Assembly: GCA_017416685.1 (NCBI GenBank)
Contig: JAFQBN010000012.1
Coordinates: 59,950-123,949, forward strand
DNA length: 64,000 bases
Direction: 5' to 3'
From: Oscillospiraceae bacterium
GTDB taxonomy: Bacteria; Bacillota; Clostridia; Oscillospirales; Oscillospiraceae
Shown here one piece after another: positions 11,180 through 19,526 of the stretch; within the stretch, counting starts at the first letter, position 1; each line of letters opens with the position of its first letter. The notes beneath the pieces were generated by a model. That model did no database searches and had not been told where the DNA came from. It saw only the letters and a list, made by a program, of their open reading frames with translations. The position numbers were made by a program, and so were the translations under genes.

Positions 11180-12109
11180 ATGAACCGTTCCGCCGCCCAA
11201 GTCTGCGGCCGCTTCGCCCCCAGCCCCAGCGGGCGGATGCATCTGGGCAACCTGTGGTCCTGTCTGCTGGCGTGGCTGTCCGCCCGGAGCGCGGGCGGGC
11301 GCATGGTGCTGCGGCTGGAGGATCTGGACCCCGACCGCTGCCGCCCGGAATTCTGTCAGCAGGTCATGCGCGATTTGGACTGGCTGGGTCTCGACTGGGA
11401 CAACGAGCCGGTCTGGCAGAGCCGGCGCAGCCACATTTATCAAGAATACTTCCACATGCTGGAACAGCAGGGTCTCATTTATCCCTGCTACTGCACCCGC
11501 AACCAGCTGCTGGCCGCTTCCGCTCCCCATCGCAGCGACGGCATCGCCGTCTACGACGGGCGCTGCCGCTCCCTGACCGCGGTACAGCGGCAGGAGCTTG
11601 CCGCCGGTCGCCGACCCGCATGGCGCATCGCCGTCCCGTCGGAGGAGGTCGGCTTTGACGACCTGTGCCGCGGACATTACAGCCATCGGCTGGACACCTG
11701 CTGCGGCGACTTTATCCTGCGCCGTTCCGACGGAGTCTACGCCTATCAGTTGGCGGTTGTTGTAGACGATGCCCTCATGGGAGTCACCCAAGTGGTGCGG
11801 GGCAGCGACCTGCTGGACTCCACCCCCCGTCAAATCTGGCTTGGGCAGCAGCTGGGCTTTGCCACCCCGGAGTACGCCCACGTCCCCCTGCTGCTGGCTG
11901 AGGACGGACGCAGGCTTGCCAAGCGTGACCGGGATCTGGAGCTGGGTCAGCTGCAGCAGCAGTATACTGCCCCCGAACTGGTAGGCATTCTGGCCCATCT
12001 GGCGGGCCTGATCCCGGAACCTGCCCCCATCTCCCCTGCCGACCTCGTCCCCCTGTTCCGCTGGGACAAGGTACCAAAGGACGATTTAACTTCACCTAAG
12101 TTAATATAA
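11180..12109 (+). CDS. gluQ: tRNA glutamyl-Q(34) synthetase GluQRS
   Basis: RFAPSPSGRMHLGN, LRLEDLD, YPCYCTR, YQLAVVVDD, RLAKR; ~310 aa, lacks the anticodon-binding domain. Confidence 0.88.
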   Translation: MNRSAAQVCGRFAPSPSGRMHLGNLWSCLLAWLSARSAGGRMVLRLEDLDPDRCRPEFCQQVMRDLDWLGLDWDNEPVWQSRRSHIYQEYFHMLEQQGLIYPCYCTRNQLLAASAPHRSDGIAVYDGRCRSLTAVQRQELAAGRRPAWRIAVPSEEVGFDDLCRGHYSHRLDTCCGDFILRRSDGVYAYQLAVVVDDALMGVTQVVRGSDLLDSTPRQIWLGQQLGFATPEYAHVPLLLAEDGRRLAKRDRDLELGQLQQQYTAPELVGILAHLAGLIPEPAPISPADLVPLFRWDKVPKDDLTSPKLI

Positions 12110-12143
12110 AAAACCGCGAACCCGAACGGGTTCGCGGTTTTTT
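12108..12143. terminator. Bidirectional terminator between convergent genes
   Basis: AAAAAACCGCGAACCCG-aa-CGGGTTCGCGGTTTTTT. Confidence 0.85.
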
Positions 12144-12146
12144 GTT

Positions 12147-12689
12147 TTACTGCTTTTTGCGGTCCAGACGGAACATAGCCGACAGGATGGAAATAATGGC
12201 AAAGGTTTCGCACACGGTGCCGCCGATGGAGCCGTTGCACACGTTGTATACCAGCCACAGGGGGGAGCTGAAGAACCACAACAGCCGCAGGCCCTTGGCC
12301 CCGTCGGCCCGGAAGGAGAAGGTGGACAGGGTCATGCCCACCACCGGCAGGATCTCCAGAATGAAGCGGTAGGCGGTGGGTTCCACACCCAGCCACAGGA
12401 AAGAGGCGGGATAGCAAGCTGCACTGACTGCAATGAAGAAGATCAGCCAGGCCGCATGGTCGGACTTGAATTTTTCCTTGTTGCTGTACACAAACGCCCG
12501 GAACACCGCCACCGCATTGAGCAGCGCGCCGGTCATGGCACCCACCAGATAGAAGTGAATGCAGAAGAACAGCGCGCCGAAAAACTGCATCACGATAATG
12601 CTGCGCTGCTTCTTGCACTGGAAGGACAGAATGTTGAACGCCATGGCAATAATGCCGATGCCTTGAACGATAATATCTTTGATTTCCAT
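12147..12689 (-). CDS. YgjV-family inner membrane protein
   Basis: QGIGIIA..SFQCK..LVGAMTGALLN..WLVYN..GSIGG; ATG at 12689 follows an AAAGGAG SD. Confidence 0.75.
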   Translation of the reverse strand: MEIKDIIVQGIGIIAMAFNILSFQCKKQRSIIVMQFFGALFFCIHFYLVGAMTGALLNAVAVFRAFVYSNKEKFKSDHAAWLIFFIAVSAACYPASFLWLGVEPTAYRFILEILPVVGMTLSTFSFRADGAKGLRLLWFFSSPLWLVYNVCNGSIGGTVCETFAIISILSAMFRLDRKKQ

Positions 12690-12789
12690 GCTGACATCTC
12701 CTTTTTCAATCATGTACACTTTACCCGCTTTGTCCTTTTTTGTCAATAGAAAAGCCGGGACTTTCAAGGGAAAGTCCCGGCTTTTTGTC

Positions 12790-13725
12790 TTATTCCAGCA
12801 CCCGGCGCAAATTGTTGAAAAACAGGTCTTCCAGTTCCGCCGTTCCATAGCCGTGGTCGGCCAGCGCCTGCCAAAGCTTTGGCACGCTCTGCACCCCGGT
12901 CATTCCTCCGGCCAGCCTGTCGCACCCATCCAAATCACCGCCCAGACACAGATGCTTGGCCCCTCCCAGATCCATAAAGTGGTCAATGTGGGCAATCAAA
13001 TCCTCCATGGCGGGTCGGTCTGTGTCCCCCACAAACCGAACCCAGAAGTTGATACCCACCACGCCGCCGGTCTGCACGATGGTACGGAACATATCGTCGG
13101 TCAGGTTGCGGGTATGGTCACACAACGCCCGGGCGTTGGAATGGGTCGCCACGATCGGCTTTTGCGTTATGTCAGCCAAATCCCAAAATCCCGGGTCGGA
13201 CAGGTGGGAAACGTCCAGCAGGATATTCCGTTTCTGGGCCTGACGGACAAATTCACGGCCCACATCGCTCAATCCCCGCTCCCGGTCCTCCACGTTGCTG
13301 CCGGACAGGGCGTTGGCGTGGTTCCATGTTGGATTGACACAGCGCACCCCCACCTCCTGCGCCCAGTCCAGCTTATCGGGGTCGCAGTCCAGCAGTTCGC
13401 CCCCCTCCACGCTCAGCACGGCGGCGATCCTGCCCGCCTCCAGCGCAGCGTCAATTTCCGCCCCGCTGCGGCACCCGGCCATCACACCGGCATGCCTTTG
13501 ACAGGACTCGTCAAACAGCTGCTGCTGCCGCCGACACATGGCGAACAGACCTCCCTCCACGGGTATGGCGCTGTCGTGGTAGATGGCAAAGATCTGCCCC
13601 GCCTTTTGAAAGGCAGACAGCCGCTTCAAATCCAGCTGACCGTCATTTTCCCACAGGCAGGTGTCACGCTCCAAACAGCGGGACAGTGTGTCGCAGTGGG
13701 CATCAAAATACGGTATGGTATTCAT
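12790..13725 (-). CDS. Membrane dipeptidase (peptidase M19 family)
   Basis: DAHCD, LSVEGG, TWNHAN, DVSHLS, ATHSNARAL..RNL, GGDLDG. Confidence 0.9.
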   Translation of the reverse strand: MNTIPYFDAHCDTLSRCLERDTCLWENDGQLDLKRLSAFQKAGQIFAIYHDSAIPVEGGLFAMCRRQQQLFDESCQRHAGVMAGCRSGAEIDAALEAGRIAAVLSVEGGELLDCDPDKLDWAQEVGVRCVNPTWNHANALSGSNVEDRERGLSDVGREFVRQAQKRNILLDVSHLSDPGFWDLADITQKPIVATHSNARALCDHTRNLTDDMFRTIVQTGGVVGINFWVRFVGDTDRPAMEDLIAHIDHFMDLGGAKHLCLGGDLDGCDRLAGGMTGVQSVPKLWQALADHGYGTAELEDLFFNNLRRVLE

Positions 13726-13797
13726 AGACATCCTCCGTTTTTGTTCCTGCAATATGATATGCCGCCCTCCGTTTTGATAGGACAGAGGGCGGCTTTT

Positions 13798-14553
13798 TCA
13801 CTTTACTTTATCTCCAAACAGCCGCAGGGCATTATCCCGCAGGATGTTTTGCTTATCCTGCTCACTGATAAGAGCATACTCCACCCGCCCACGCTGGAAG
13901 CCGGGGGAATAGGTATCCGTACCGAACAGGATGCGTTCCGACCCGATGCGTCCTACCGCATACTCCAGCAGCGCGTTTTTGGAACTGGCGATACCGGAGG
14001 TATCTGTCCACACGTTGCCGTGGCGGGCATTGGCCACCGCATCCACATAATGCTCGTCCCCCAGATGGGCGACAATAAATGTCACGTCGGGGTAACGGTC
14101 GGCAATGGGGAGGATATAGTCCGGCTGCTCCTCCGGGTGAATGAGTACCACCGCCCGCCGCCCGGCAGCAAAGGAGAACAGCTTGTCCGCATGCTCGGGC
14201 AGCGAATATTGGTGGTACAGGGGGTGGAGCTTGATGCCCACGCATTTTTCCCCGGCCAGCATCCGCTCCGCCTGCTCAAAGGTCTTCGGGATGCGGGGAT
14301 CCATGACTACCCACTGGTACAGGCGCTCTTCCCGCCTCACAAGGTCAAAGAGGTATTCGTTTTCTTCCACGATATACTCCGTGGTACGGACACTTGCAAA
14401 GGTGGAGCAGAGCATCTTCCCGATTCCCGCCCCATCGTTGACCCGATAGAGCCAGTCGGGCATAGCGGAGTAAACCGGGGTCTGCTCCGCCGAGGCATCC
14501 TCCGGATGTCCGTGGTTGATGTGGGTATGGCTGTCAATGGCGATCAAATCCAT
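13798..14553 (-). CDS. Amidohydrolase family (TIM-barrel) protein
   Basis: DSHTH, GIKLHP, IHP, AHLG, RILFGTD motifs. Confidence 0.85.
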   Translation of the reverse strand: MDLIAIDSHTHINHGHPEDASAEQTPVYSAMPDWLYRVNDGAGIGKMLCSTFASVRTTEYIVEENEYLFDLVRREERLYQWVVMDPRIPKTFEQAERMLAGEKCVGIKLHPLYHQYSLPEHADKLFSFAAGRRAVVLIHPEEQPDYILPIADRYPDVTFIVAHLGDEHYVDAVANARHGNVWTDTSGIASSKNALLEYAVGRIGSERILFGTDTYSPGFQRGRVEYALISEQDKQNILRDNALRLFGDKVK

Positions 14554-14569
14554 ACGCCCACCGCCTTTC

Positions 14570-14998
14570 TTAAAAATTCAATCGCGTGGACAGGTTGCCA
14601 TGGGTGTGCAGGCTGACCGCCTTCTCCATAAAGGGAACGGTCACATCAAAATGCTCCGCCAAACTATAAAGGTCGGTACAACCCCGGGCCACGGCGGCGT
14701 CCAGTTCCCGGGCGGGAACCAGCTGCTCGATGGCCCACTTGTCCGCTTTGTACTCGTGCTTGGCGACCAAATCGTAGGGGCTGCTCACCCGGTGGGTGGC
14801 CCCGGTAGCCACATGGCCGCCCTCATGGGCTACCACCACCCGCTCTTCCGCGCTGGTGTGGATATTGTCGAAGTCCATGAAAATGGCGTACCGGCCGTCC
14901 AATTCGATGGTTGCGGCCTGCCGGTCGTCCAAATCCCAGTGGTAAAACCTGACCCCCGCGCGGTTCAGTTTGTCATACAGGGCCAGCGTTTTATCCAT
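14570..14998 (-). CDS. ImmA/IrrE family metallo-endopeptidase (anti-repressor)
   Basis: HExxH motif (VVAHEGGH), E.KADKWA..L, LAEHFDVT..FM; directly downstream of an XRE repressor. Confidence 0.88.
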   Translation of the reverse strand: MDKTLALYDKLNRAGVRFYHWDLDDRQAATIELDGRYAIFMDFDNIHTSAEERVVVAHEGGHVATGATHRVSSPYDLVAKHEYKADKWAIEQLVPARELDAAVARGCTDLYSLAEHFDVTVPFMEKAVSLHTHGNLSTRLNF

Positions 14999-15000
14999 AG

Positions 15001-15339
15001 TCAACCTTCCTTTCCGTTCTGCAGCTCCTTGTTAAAGAAGCGCGCCATTTCCAGCAGCATCTGCTTCTTCTCCTCAGGCAGGTCGCGGGATTCATTGTAA
15101 AGCGCGTAGGTGAAATCGTCGAAGTCCAGTTGCTTTTTCGGTTCGTCCCGCATAAGAGAACTGATGTCGATGTGCAGGGCATCGCAGATCTTCACCATGG
15201 TTCCGGTCCCAATGCCGTCCACACCGCGGGTAAACATATTTCGGATGGTGGTGGCAGGCACACCGATCTGCTCGGCAAATTTGGAGATGTTTCCGTACTG
15301 CTTGGCAATTTGTTCCTTCAGATATTCCACCTGGGACAT
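15001..15339 (-). CDS. XRE-family HTH repressor (ImmR/CI-like)
   Basis: N-terminal HTH ISKFAEQIGVPATTIRNM..TMVKICDALHID; C-terminal 'DDFTYALYNESRDL.EEKKQMLLEMARF'. Confidence 0.88.
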   Translation of the reverse strand: MSQVEYLKEQIAKQYGNISKFAEQIGVPATTIRNMFTRGVDGIGTGTMVKICDALHIDISSLMRDEPKKQLDFDDFTYALYNESRDLPEEKKQMLLEMARFFNKELQNGKEG

Positions 15340-15388
15340 ATTGCTTCCTCCCATCTGTTACAGCGTTTTCCGCTGTTTCTCTGACCCC

Positions 15389-15417
15389 ATTGTAACGCAA
15401 TTGAGTTTTAATTGCAA
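15389..15417 (-). promoter_or_regulatory. Leftward sigmaA promoter for repressor/immA
   Basis: Minus strand TTGCAA-17bp-TACAAT; an operator lies in its spacer. Confidence 0.7.
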
Positions 15418-15543
15418 GCACATTTTTACTTAATTGAGTAATTTTTTTATTTTCCCTCTTGACATATTACTCAATCGAGTGTATATTGCACTTGTAGCTA
15501 CTCGATTGAGTATTTTCGCTCAGTGGTGAAACTCAATTGAATT
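15394..15543. promoter_or_regulatory. Five 14-bp palindromic operators, consensus WACTCAATTGAGTW
   Basis: AACGCAATTGAGTT 15394-407; TACTTAATTGAGTA 15427-440; TACTCAATCGAGTG 15468-481; TACTCGATTGAGTA 15499-512; AACTCAATTGAATT 15530-543. Confidence 0.85.
15459..15487 (+). promoter_or_regulatory. Rightward sigmaA promoter for the lytic-direction operon
   Basis: TTGACA-17bp-TATATT; operator 3 occupies the spacer. Confidence 0.8.
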
Positions 15544-15603
15544 GTTTGTGCCTACAGAATATCAAACCGACAGTACCATAATCCGGACAGAAAGGAGTGT
15601 GCC

Positions 15604-15639
15604 ATGAAGTTTATTGTGCAAGGAGGTGAGGACGAATGA
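15604..15639 (+). CDS. 11-aa leader ORF MKFIVQGGEDE
   Basis: AGAAAGGAG SD 6 nt upstream; its TGA overlaps the next ATG (ATGA). Confidence 0.45.
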   Translation: MKFIVQGGEDE

Positions 15640-15884
15640 CACCGGGAACTATGGGACTGCTGCCCCCTCTGCGGGACAGTCAGCAGTGTCCTCCGGCGGG
15701 GTTGTGTCCCCGCTGCTGCGGGGAGTTCTACCCCGGGGAGGCCCGTTTCGTATGGGATGGCGTGCCGGTCTGCACCGACTGTTTCCGCATGGCGGCAGGT
15801 CATTGGCTGGAGCGCTTTCCCATCGAGGCGGCACTGGCCCTGCAGGTGCAGGTGCTGCTACCGGAGAGGGGGTGGCTCACTTGA
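15636..15884 (+). CDS. Hypothetical 82-aa protein with two CxxC pairs (possible Zn ribbon)
   Basis: GGAGGTGAG SD; CPRC...CTDC; overlaps the next ORF start. Confidence 0.65.
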   Translation: MTPGTMGLLPPLRDSQQCPPAGLCPRCCGEFYPGEARFVWDGVPVCTDCFRMAAGHWLERFPIEAALALQVQVLLPERGWLT

Positions 15885-16123
15885 CCCTGAAGGAATTGGC
15901 GGTGGAATACCGTCAGGGCGCTCAGCTTTTGGCCGGGCGCATCCGGGAACTGGCCGCCCGGCGCAGCAGGACCCACGACAGGACGGAGCAGCTTGTGCTG
16001 GAGGGGCGGATGGCACCTTTGATCGAAATGCGCCGTCAGGCCCAGCAAACTGCCCGGGACTGCGAACGCTATTACAACACAGGAGGTGTCTGCCGTGGCA
16101 AAACCACGCTACCGCCGGGGTAA
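15881..16123 (+). CDS. Hypothetical 80-aa helical protein
   Basis: TTG start after GAGAGGGGG; MTLKELAVEYRQGAQLLAGRIREL... predicted helical hairpin; part of ORF-track 15614..16123. Confidence 0.65.
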   Translation: MTLKELAVEYRQGAQLLAGRIRELAARRSRTHDRTEQLVLEGRMAPLIEMRRQAQQTARDCERYYNTGGVCRGKTTLPPG

Positions 16124-16418
16124 CCCCTACAGCCGGGACATGGCCGCCTATATGCGCCAGCTGTCCGAGCAGAATACCAATACCAACAGCATGGAACAGC
16201 TCCGACACAATCTGGTCCGATGTCTGAACGAGGACATCACCCCACGCCAGCGGACTATGCTGACCATGTACTACGTTCAGCAGCTCAGTCAAAAGGAGAT
16301 CGCACGGCAGCTGAACGTGGACCGTTCCACCGTGTCCCGCACGATCCTGCGGGGGGAGCGGCAGCTGCAGCGCTGCCTGCGTTACGGCGCGGAGCGTTAT
16401 CTCAAACACATGAAATAA
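16095..16418 (+). CDS. Sigma70 region-4 type HTH protein (late-activator-like)
   Basis: GTG start after AGGAGG; ITPRQRTMLTMYYVQQLSQKEIARQLNVDRSTVSRTILRG is a region-4 HTH; no sigma region 2. Confidence 0.8.
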   Translation: MAKPRYRRGNPYSRDMAAYMRQLSEQNTNTNSMEQLRHNLVRCLNEDITPRQRTMLTMYYVQQLSQKEIARQLNVDRSTVSRTILRGERQLQRCLRYGAERYLKHMK

Positions 16419-16428
16419 GGAGGAACCT

Positions 16429-18573
16429 ATGATTCAATTCAACAACTGGCAGATCTGGGCCGACCCGCGGCTCACGCTGCAGCAGAATGACCATCTCAGC
16501 CGGGAGCTGACCGTTTCCGGTCCCCTGCCCGAGGGCTGGGACTGGACCATGCTGGTACAGGTGGACGGACAGATGGACATCTGGCCCCTGCAAAAGAATC
16601 CGGATGGCTGTGCATCCATCCTGCTCACTGCCCAGCAGCTCGGCCCCGGCGGCTTCTACCGCATGCAGCTGCGGGGAACGAAAGGAGATGTCACCCGCCA
16701 CACCAACGTCATCACCCTGTTTGTCCCCCGCTCTCTCTGCGGGGACAAGCAGTGGCCGGTGCTGCCCACCGAGTTCTCTGAGCTGGAACGGCGGGTGAAA
16801 GGCTATGCCTCCCACCCGCCTGTGGCGAACGACCACGGCTATTGGCAGCTTTGGGACGGCGAGAAGTACACGGACAGTAGCGTGCCGGTCACCGGCGGCA
16901 TCCGGAGCGTGTCCTACAATGCCGATACCTGGCGCTGGGAGGTCCTTTACATGGACGGCCGAATTGACAGCTTCCCCGGTCCCAGCCCCATCGAGGGCGA
17001 CAAGTTCACCATCCACCGCAACAGCTTTGAAAGCTACCCGGTGGGTGAGGACACCTTTTTCAGGGCCGACCCCCGGTATGAATACTTCGACGACCACCAC
17101 GGCGACGTCAACAGCGACAGCTACGCTACCTACGGCATCGCTGAGGTGGACGGCAGCAAGGTGCTGAAGCTGCGCTGTGTGAACAGTACCACCCACAAAT
17201 TCGACACTATGGAGCCTGTGGTGGGGGCATACACCGTCGGTCTGGACTTCAAGCTGGAGACCACCGTGGCCGGTTCCCGACCCGGCATCATGGTCAACCC
17301 GTTCAACGAGTATCGGTTCGACCACCAAAGCGGCACTATCACAGCAACCGTCCGGGCCGGAGATTATGCCCGCATTACTGACACAGGCACCACCGGCAGC
17401 CAAATGGTCTACTGGATGACGAACAAGGACGGCACACGGTTTATCCCAAAGGAAAATCTGTGGTACTCCATGCAGGTGCGAGTTGAGCTGGGGCGCATGG
17501 TACTGCGCCTTTGGGAGCGCGGGGACGAGGACACAGCTTTGGAGGTCGTGTGCGAGACTGCCGCCATCGGACAGCGAGCCATGGAGTTTGCGAAATATTG
17601 GGCCGTTTACACCTACGCGCCCGGCTCCGCATCTCAGCCTGTTCCAACCGGTGAGCATACCATTTGGCTGGATGAGCTGAAGGTGTGGCGCGACCTGACC
17701 GGCTCAGCCGGCAAAGACGGTGAGGACGGCAAGGCCGGAACAGGTCTTGCCGACTGGCGGTACAACGCCGACACGTGGCGCTGGGAGCAGGTCTATACCG
17801 ACGGCAGTATCAAGACTTTCCCCGGCGACAGTCCCATAGACAGCCGGTTCACCTTCTTCAGGGACGACTTCGAGGGGTACGCCGTCGGGGAGGATAACTT
17901 CCTTGCACAGACGGACCACTGGCAGGGTGCCGCCAGCAGTGCCATACATTACGACGTGGTGTCGGACGGCGTGCAGCGCTGTTTGCGGTTCCGGGTGAAT
18001 GACAGTTCGTCCCGCGCTGTGGCTACTTTGAACTATCCCATTTCCGGCAGGGCGACTGTCCAGTTCGACTACAAGCCAACCCCGGCGGACAACAGCGGAG
18101 GACTCACCGACCTGCTGGATATTCGGGTGTTGGGCAACACTGTGCGTGCCGGTGTGAACTTCTACAACCAATGCTACATCCACACCCCTGCGGGCGCCGG
18201 ACCCATTCGCGATGCGGCGGGCAATATCTACCGCATGGACGAAAGCATTTGGTATCGGGTGAAGCTGACCGCCGAGGTGGGCCGCGTGACCATGAAGGTA
18301 TGGAAGCGGGACACCGAGACAGAGCCGGACGGTACCAACGGCGGCGTGACCGTGCTGGAACACGCCATCGTTACCGAGGAACTGCTGCAGGCCGAGCGGC
18401 AGCTGCGGTTTGAGTTTGGCCCCATGAACTACACGAGCGCAGCCGGCGAGCATGTTGCCTATCTCGACAACGTGATGGTGTGGCGTGACCTGTGGACTGA
18501 GGCCGACAGGGACGAGATCGTCAGCCGGGTGCTGGCTGCACTGCCCGCCAACAGCAAGGAGGTAAATCAATGA
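16429..18573 (+). CDS. 714-aa phage tail-fibre/baseplate-like protein with two tandem beta-rich (lectin-like) domains
   Basis: BppU-like N-terminus, HPP...GYWQLWD spacer, two repeats starting YNADTWRWE and ending VWRDL, GKDGEDGKAG collagen-like linker, C-terminal TEADRDEIVSRVLAALP. Confidence 0.7.
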   Translation: MIQFNNWQIWADPRLTLQQNDHLSRELTVSGPLPEGWDWTMLVQVDGQMDIWPLQKNPDGCASILLTAQQLGPGGFYRMQLRGTKGDVTRHTNVITLFVPRSLCGDKQWPVLPTEFSELERRVKGYASHPPVANDHGYWQLWDGEKYTDSSVPVTGGIRSVSYNADTWRWEVLYMDGRIDSFPGPSPIEGDKFTIHRNSFESYPVGEDTFFRADPRYEYFDDHHGDVNSDSYATYGIAEVDGSKVLKLRCVNSTTHKFDTMEPVVGAYTVGLDFKLETTVAGSRPGIMVNPFNEYRFDHQSGTITATVRAGDYARITDTGTTGSQMVYWMTNKDGTRFIPKENLWYSMQVRVELGRMVLRLWERGDEDTALEVVCETAAIGQRAMEFAKYWAVYTYAPGSASQPVPTGEHTIWLDELKVWRDLTGSAGKDGEDGKAGTGLADWRYNADTWRWEQVYTDGSIKTFPGDSPIDSRFTFFRDDFEGYAVGEDNFLAQTDHWQGAASSAIHYDVVSDGVQRCLRFRVNDSSSRAVATLNYPISGRATVQFDYKPTPADNSGGLTDLLDIRVLGNTVRAGVNFYNQCYIHTPAGAGPIRDAAGNIYRMDESIWYRVKLTAEVGRVTMKVWKRDTETEPDGTNGGVTVLEHAIVTEELLQAERQLRFEFGPMNYTSAAGEHVAYLDNVMVWRDLWTEADRDEIVSRVLAALPANSKEVNQ

Positions 18574-18875
18574 TCGACCTGACACCTTTGTTCAACGCTG
18601 TCATTGCCGCAGCCGCCGTGGCCATCAGCGTATTCTTTATCCCGTGGCTGCGCAGTAAAACCTCCGCCCAGCAACGCTCCGACCTGCTGCGCTGGGCGGA
18701 CATCGCCGTGGCGGCGGCACAACAGCTGTACCATCAGTGCAGTGGGCAGACCCGGCTGGACTACGCCCTGTCCCTGCTGGCCGAGCAGGGGTTTGACGTG
18801 GACCTGCGGCAGGTGCGGGATGCGGTAGAGGCCGCGGTGCTGAAACTGCACGCCGCCGGGGAGGCTGCCCAATGA
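18570..18875 (+). CDS. Phage holin (LL-H-like)
   Basis: 101 aa, one N-terminal TM, 'IAVAAAQQLY..G..RLDYA..L...G........IEAAV'-type pattern; precedes the lysin. Confidence 0.85.
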   Translation: MIDLTPLFNAVIAAAAVAISVFFIPWLRSKTSAQQRSDLLRWADIAVAAAQQLYHQCSGQTRLDYALSLLAEQGFDVDLRQVRDAVEAAVLKLHAAGEAAQ

Positions 18876-19522
18876 CCGCCGAACGAATTTTGGCCGTTGC
18901 CCGGGATGAGTTGGGCGTAACGGAGCTGCCTGCCGGCTCCAACCGCGTGAAATACAACGCCGTCTACTATGGCCGGGAGGTATCCGGCAGTTCCTACCCA
19001 TGGTGCTGCGTGTTCCTGTGGTGGGTGTTCCGGCAGGCCGGGGCGGCGGACCTGTTTTTCGGCGGCAAGCAAACCGCCTACTGCCCTGCCCTGCTGGATT
19101 TCCACAGGAAGCAGCGGGTGACAGACTACCGGCCCGGGGACATCATTTTCTTCAACTTCAACGGCCGGGGCAGTGCCGCCCACGTGGGTCTGTGCGAAAG
19201 CTGGGACGGCAAGCGCATTACCACCATTGACGGAAACACCGGCGCCGGCAACGAAGCCAACGGCGGCGCAGTCATGCGCCGTACCCGGGACAGGAAATAC
19301 ATCGTGGGGGCCTATCGCCCCGCTTACAGAAAGGAGGATACTGTGACGCAGGAACAGTTTGACGCCATGCTCACCGCCTGGCTGGTTCGACAGGCCGCAC
19401 AGCCCGCCAGCAGCTGGAGCCGCATGGATGAAGCAAAAGCCGCCGGCATCACCGACGGCACCCGTCCGGGCAGTTTCGCCACCAGAGAGGAGGTCGCCAC
19501 CATGATCATGGCCGCCCGTTAA
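18872..19522 (+). CDS. CHAP-domain endolysin with C-terminal SLH-like anchor
   Basis: YPWCCVF (Cys), AHVGL (His), TIDGNT; tail EAKAAGITDGTRPGSFATREEVATMI. Confidence 0.88.
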   Translation: MTAERILAVARDELGVTELPAGSNRVKYNAVYYGREVSGSSYPWCCVFLWWVFRQAGAADLFFGGKQTAYCPALLDFHRKQRVTDYRPGDIIFFNFNGRGSAAHVGLCESWDGKRITTIDGNTGAGNEANGGAVMRRTRDRKYIVGAYRPAYRKEDTVTQEQFDAMLTAWLVRQAAQPASSWSRMDEAKAAGITDGTRPGSFATREEVATMIMAAR

Positions 19523-19526
19523 CGGG

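Noticed and set aside
12679-14616. 645-aa plus-strand ORF beside the phage-like module, considered as a possible integrase
   Set aside because: No tyrosine (R-H-R-Y) or serine recombinase motifs; it is antisense to the dipeptidase and amidohydrolase genes.
15614-16123. Single 169-aa ORF from the ORF track
   Set aside because: Better explained as two coupled genes (15636-15884 and 15881-16123) in different frames, each with an SD.
16915-18492. Diversity-generating retroelement acting on the tail-fibre repeats
   Set aside because: The repeats are far too diverged, differences are not adenine-specific, and no reverse transcriptase is in the window.
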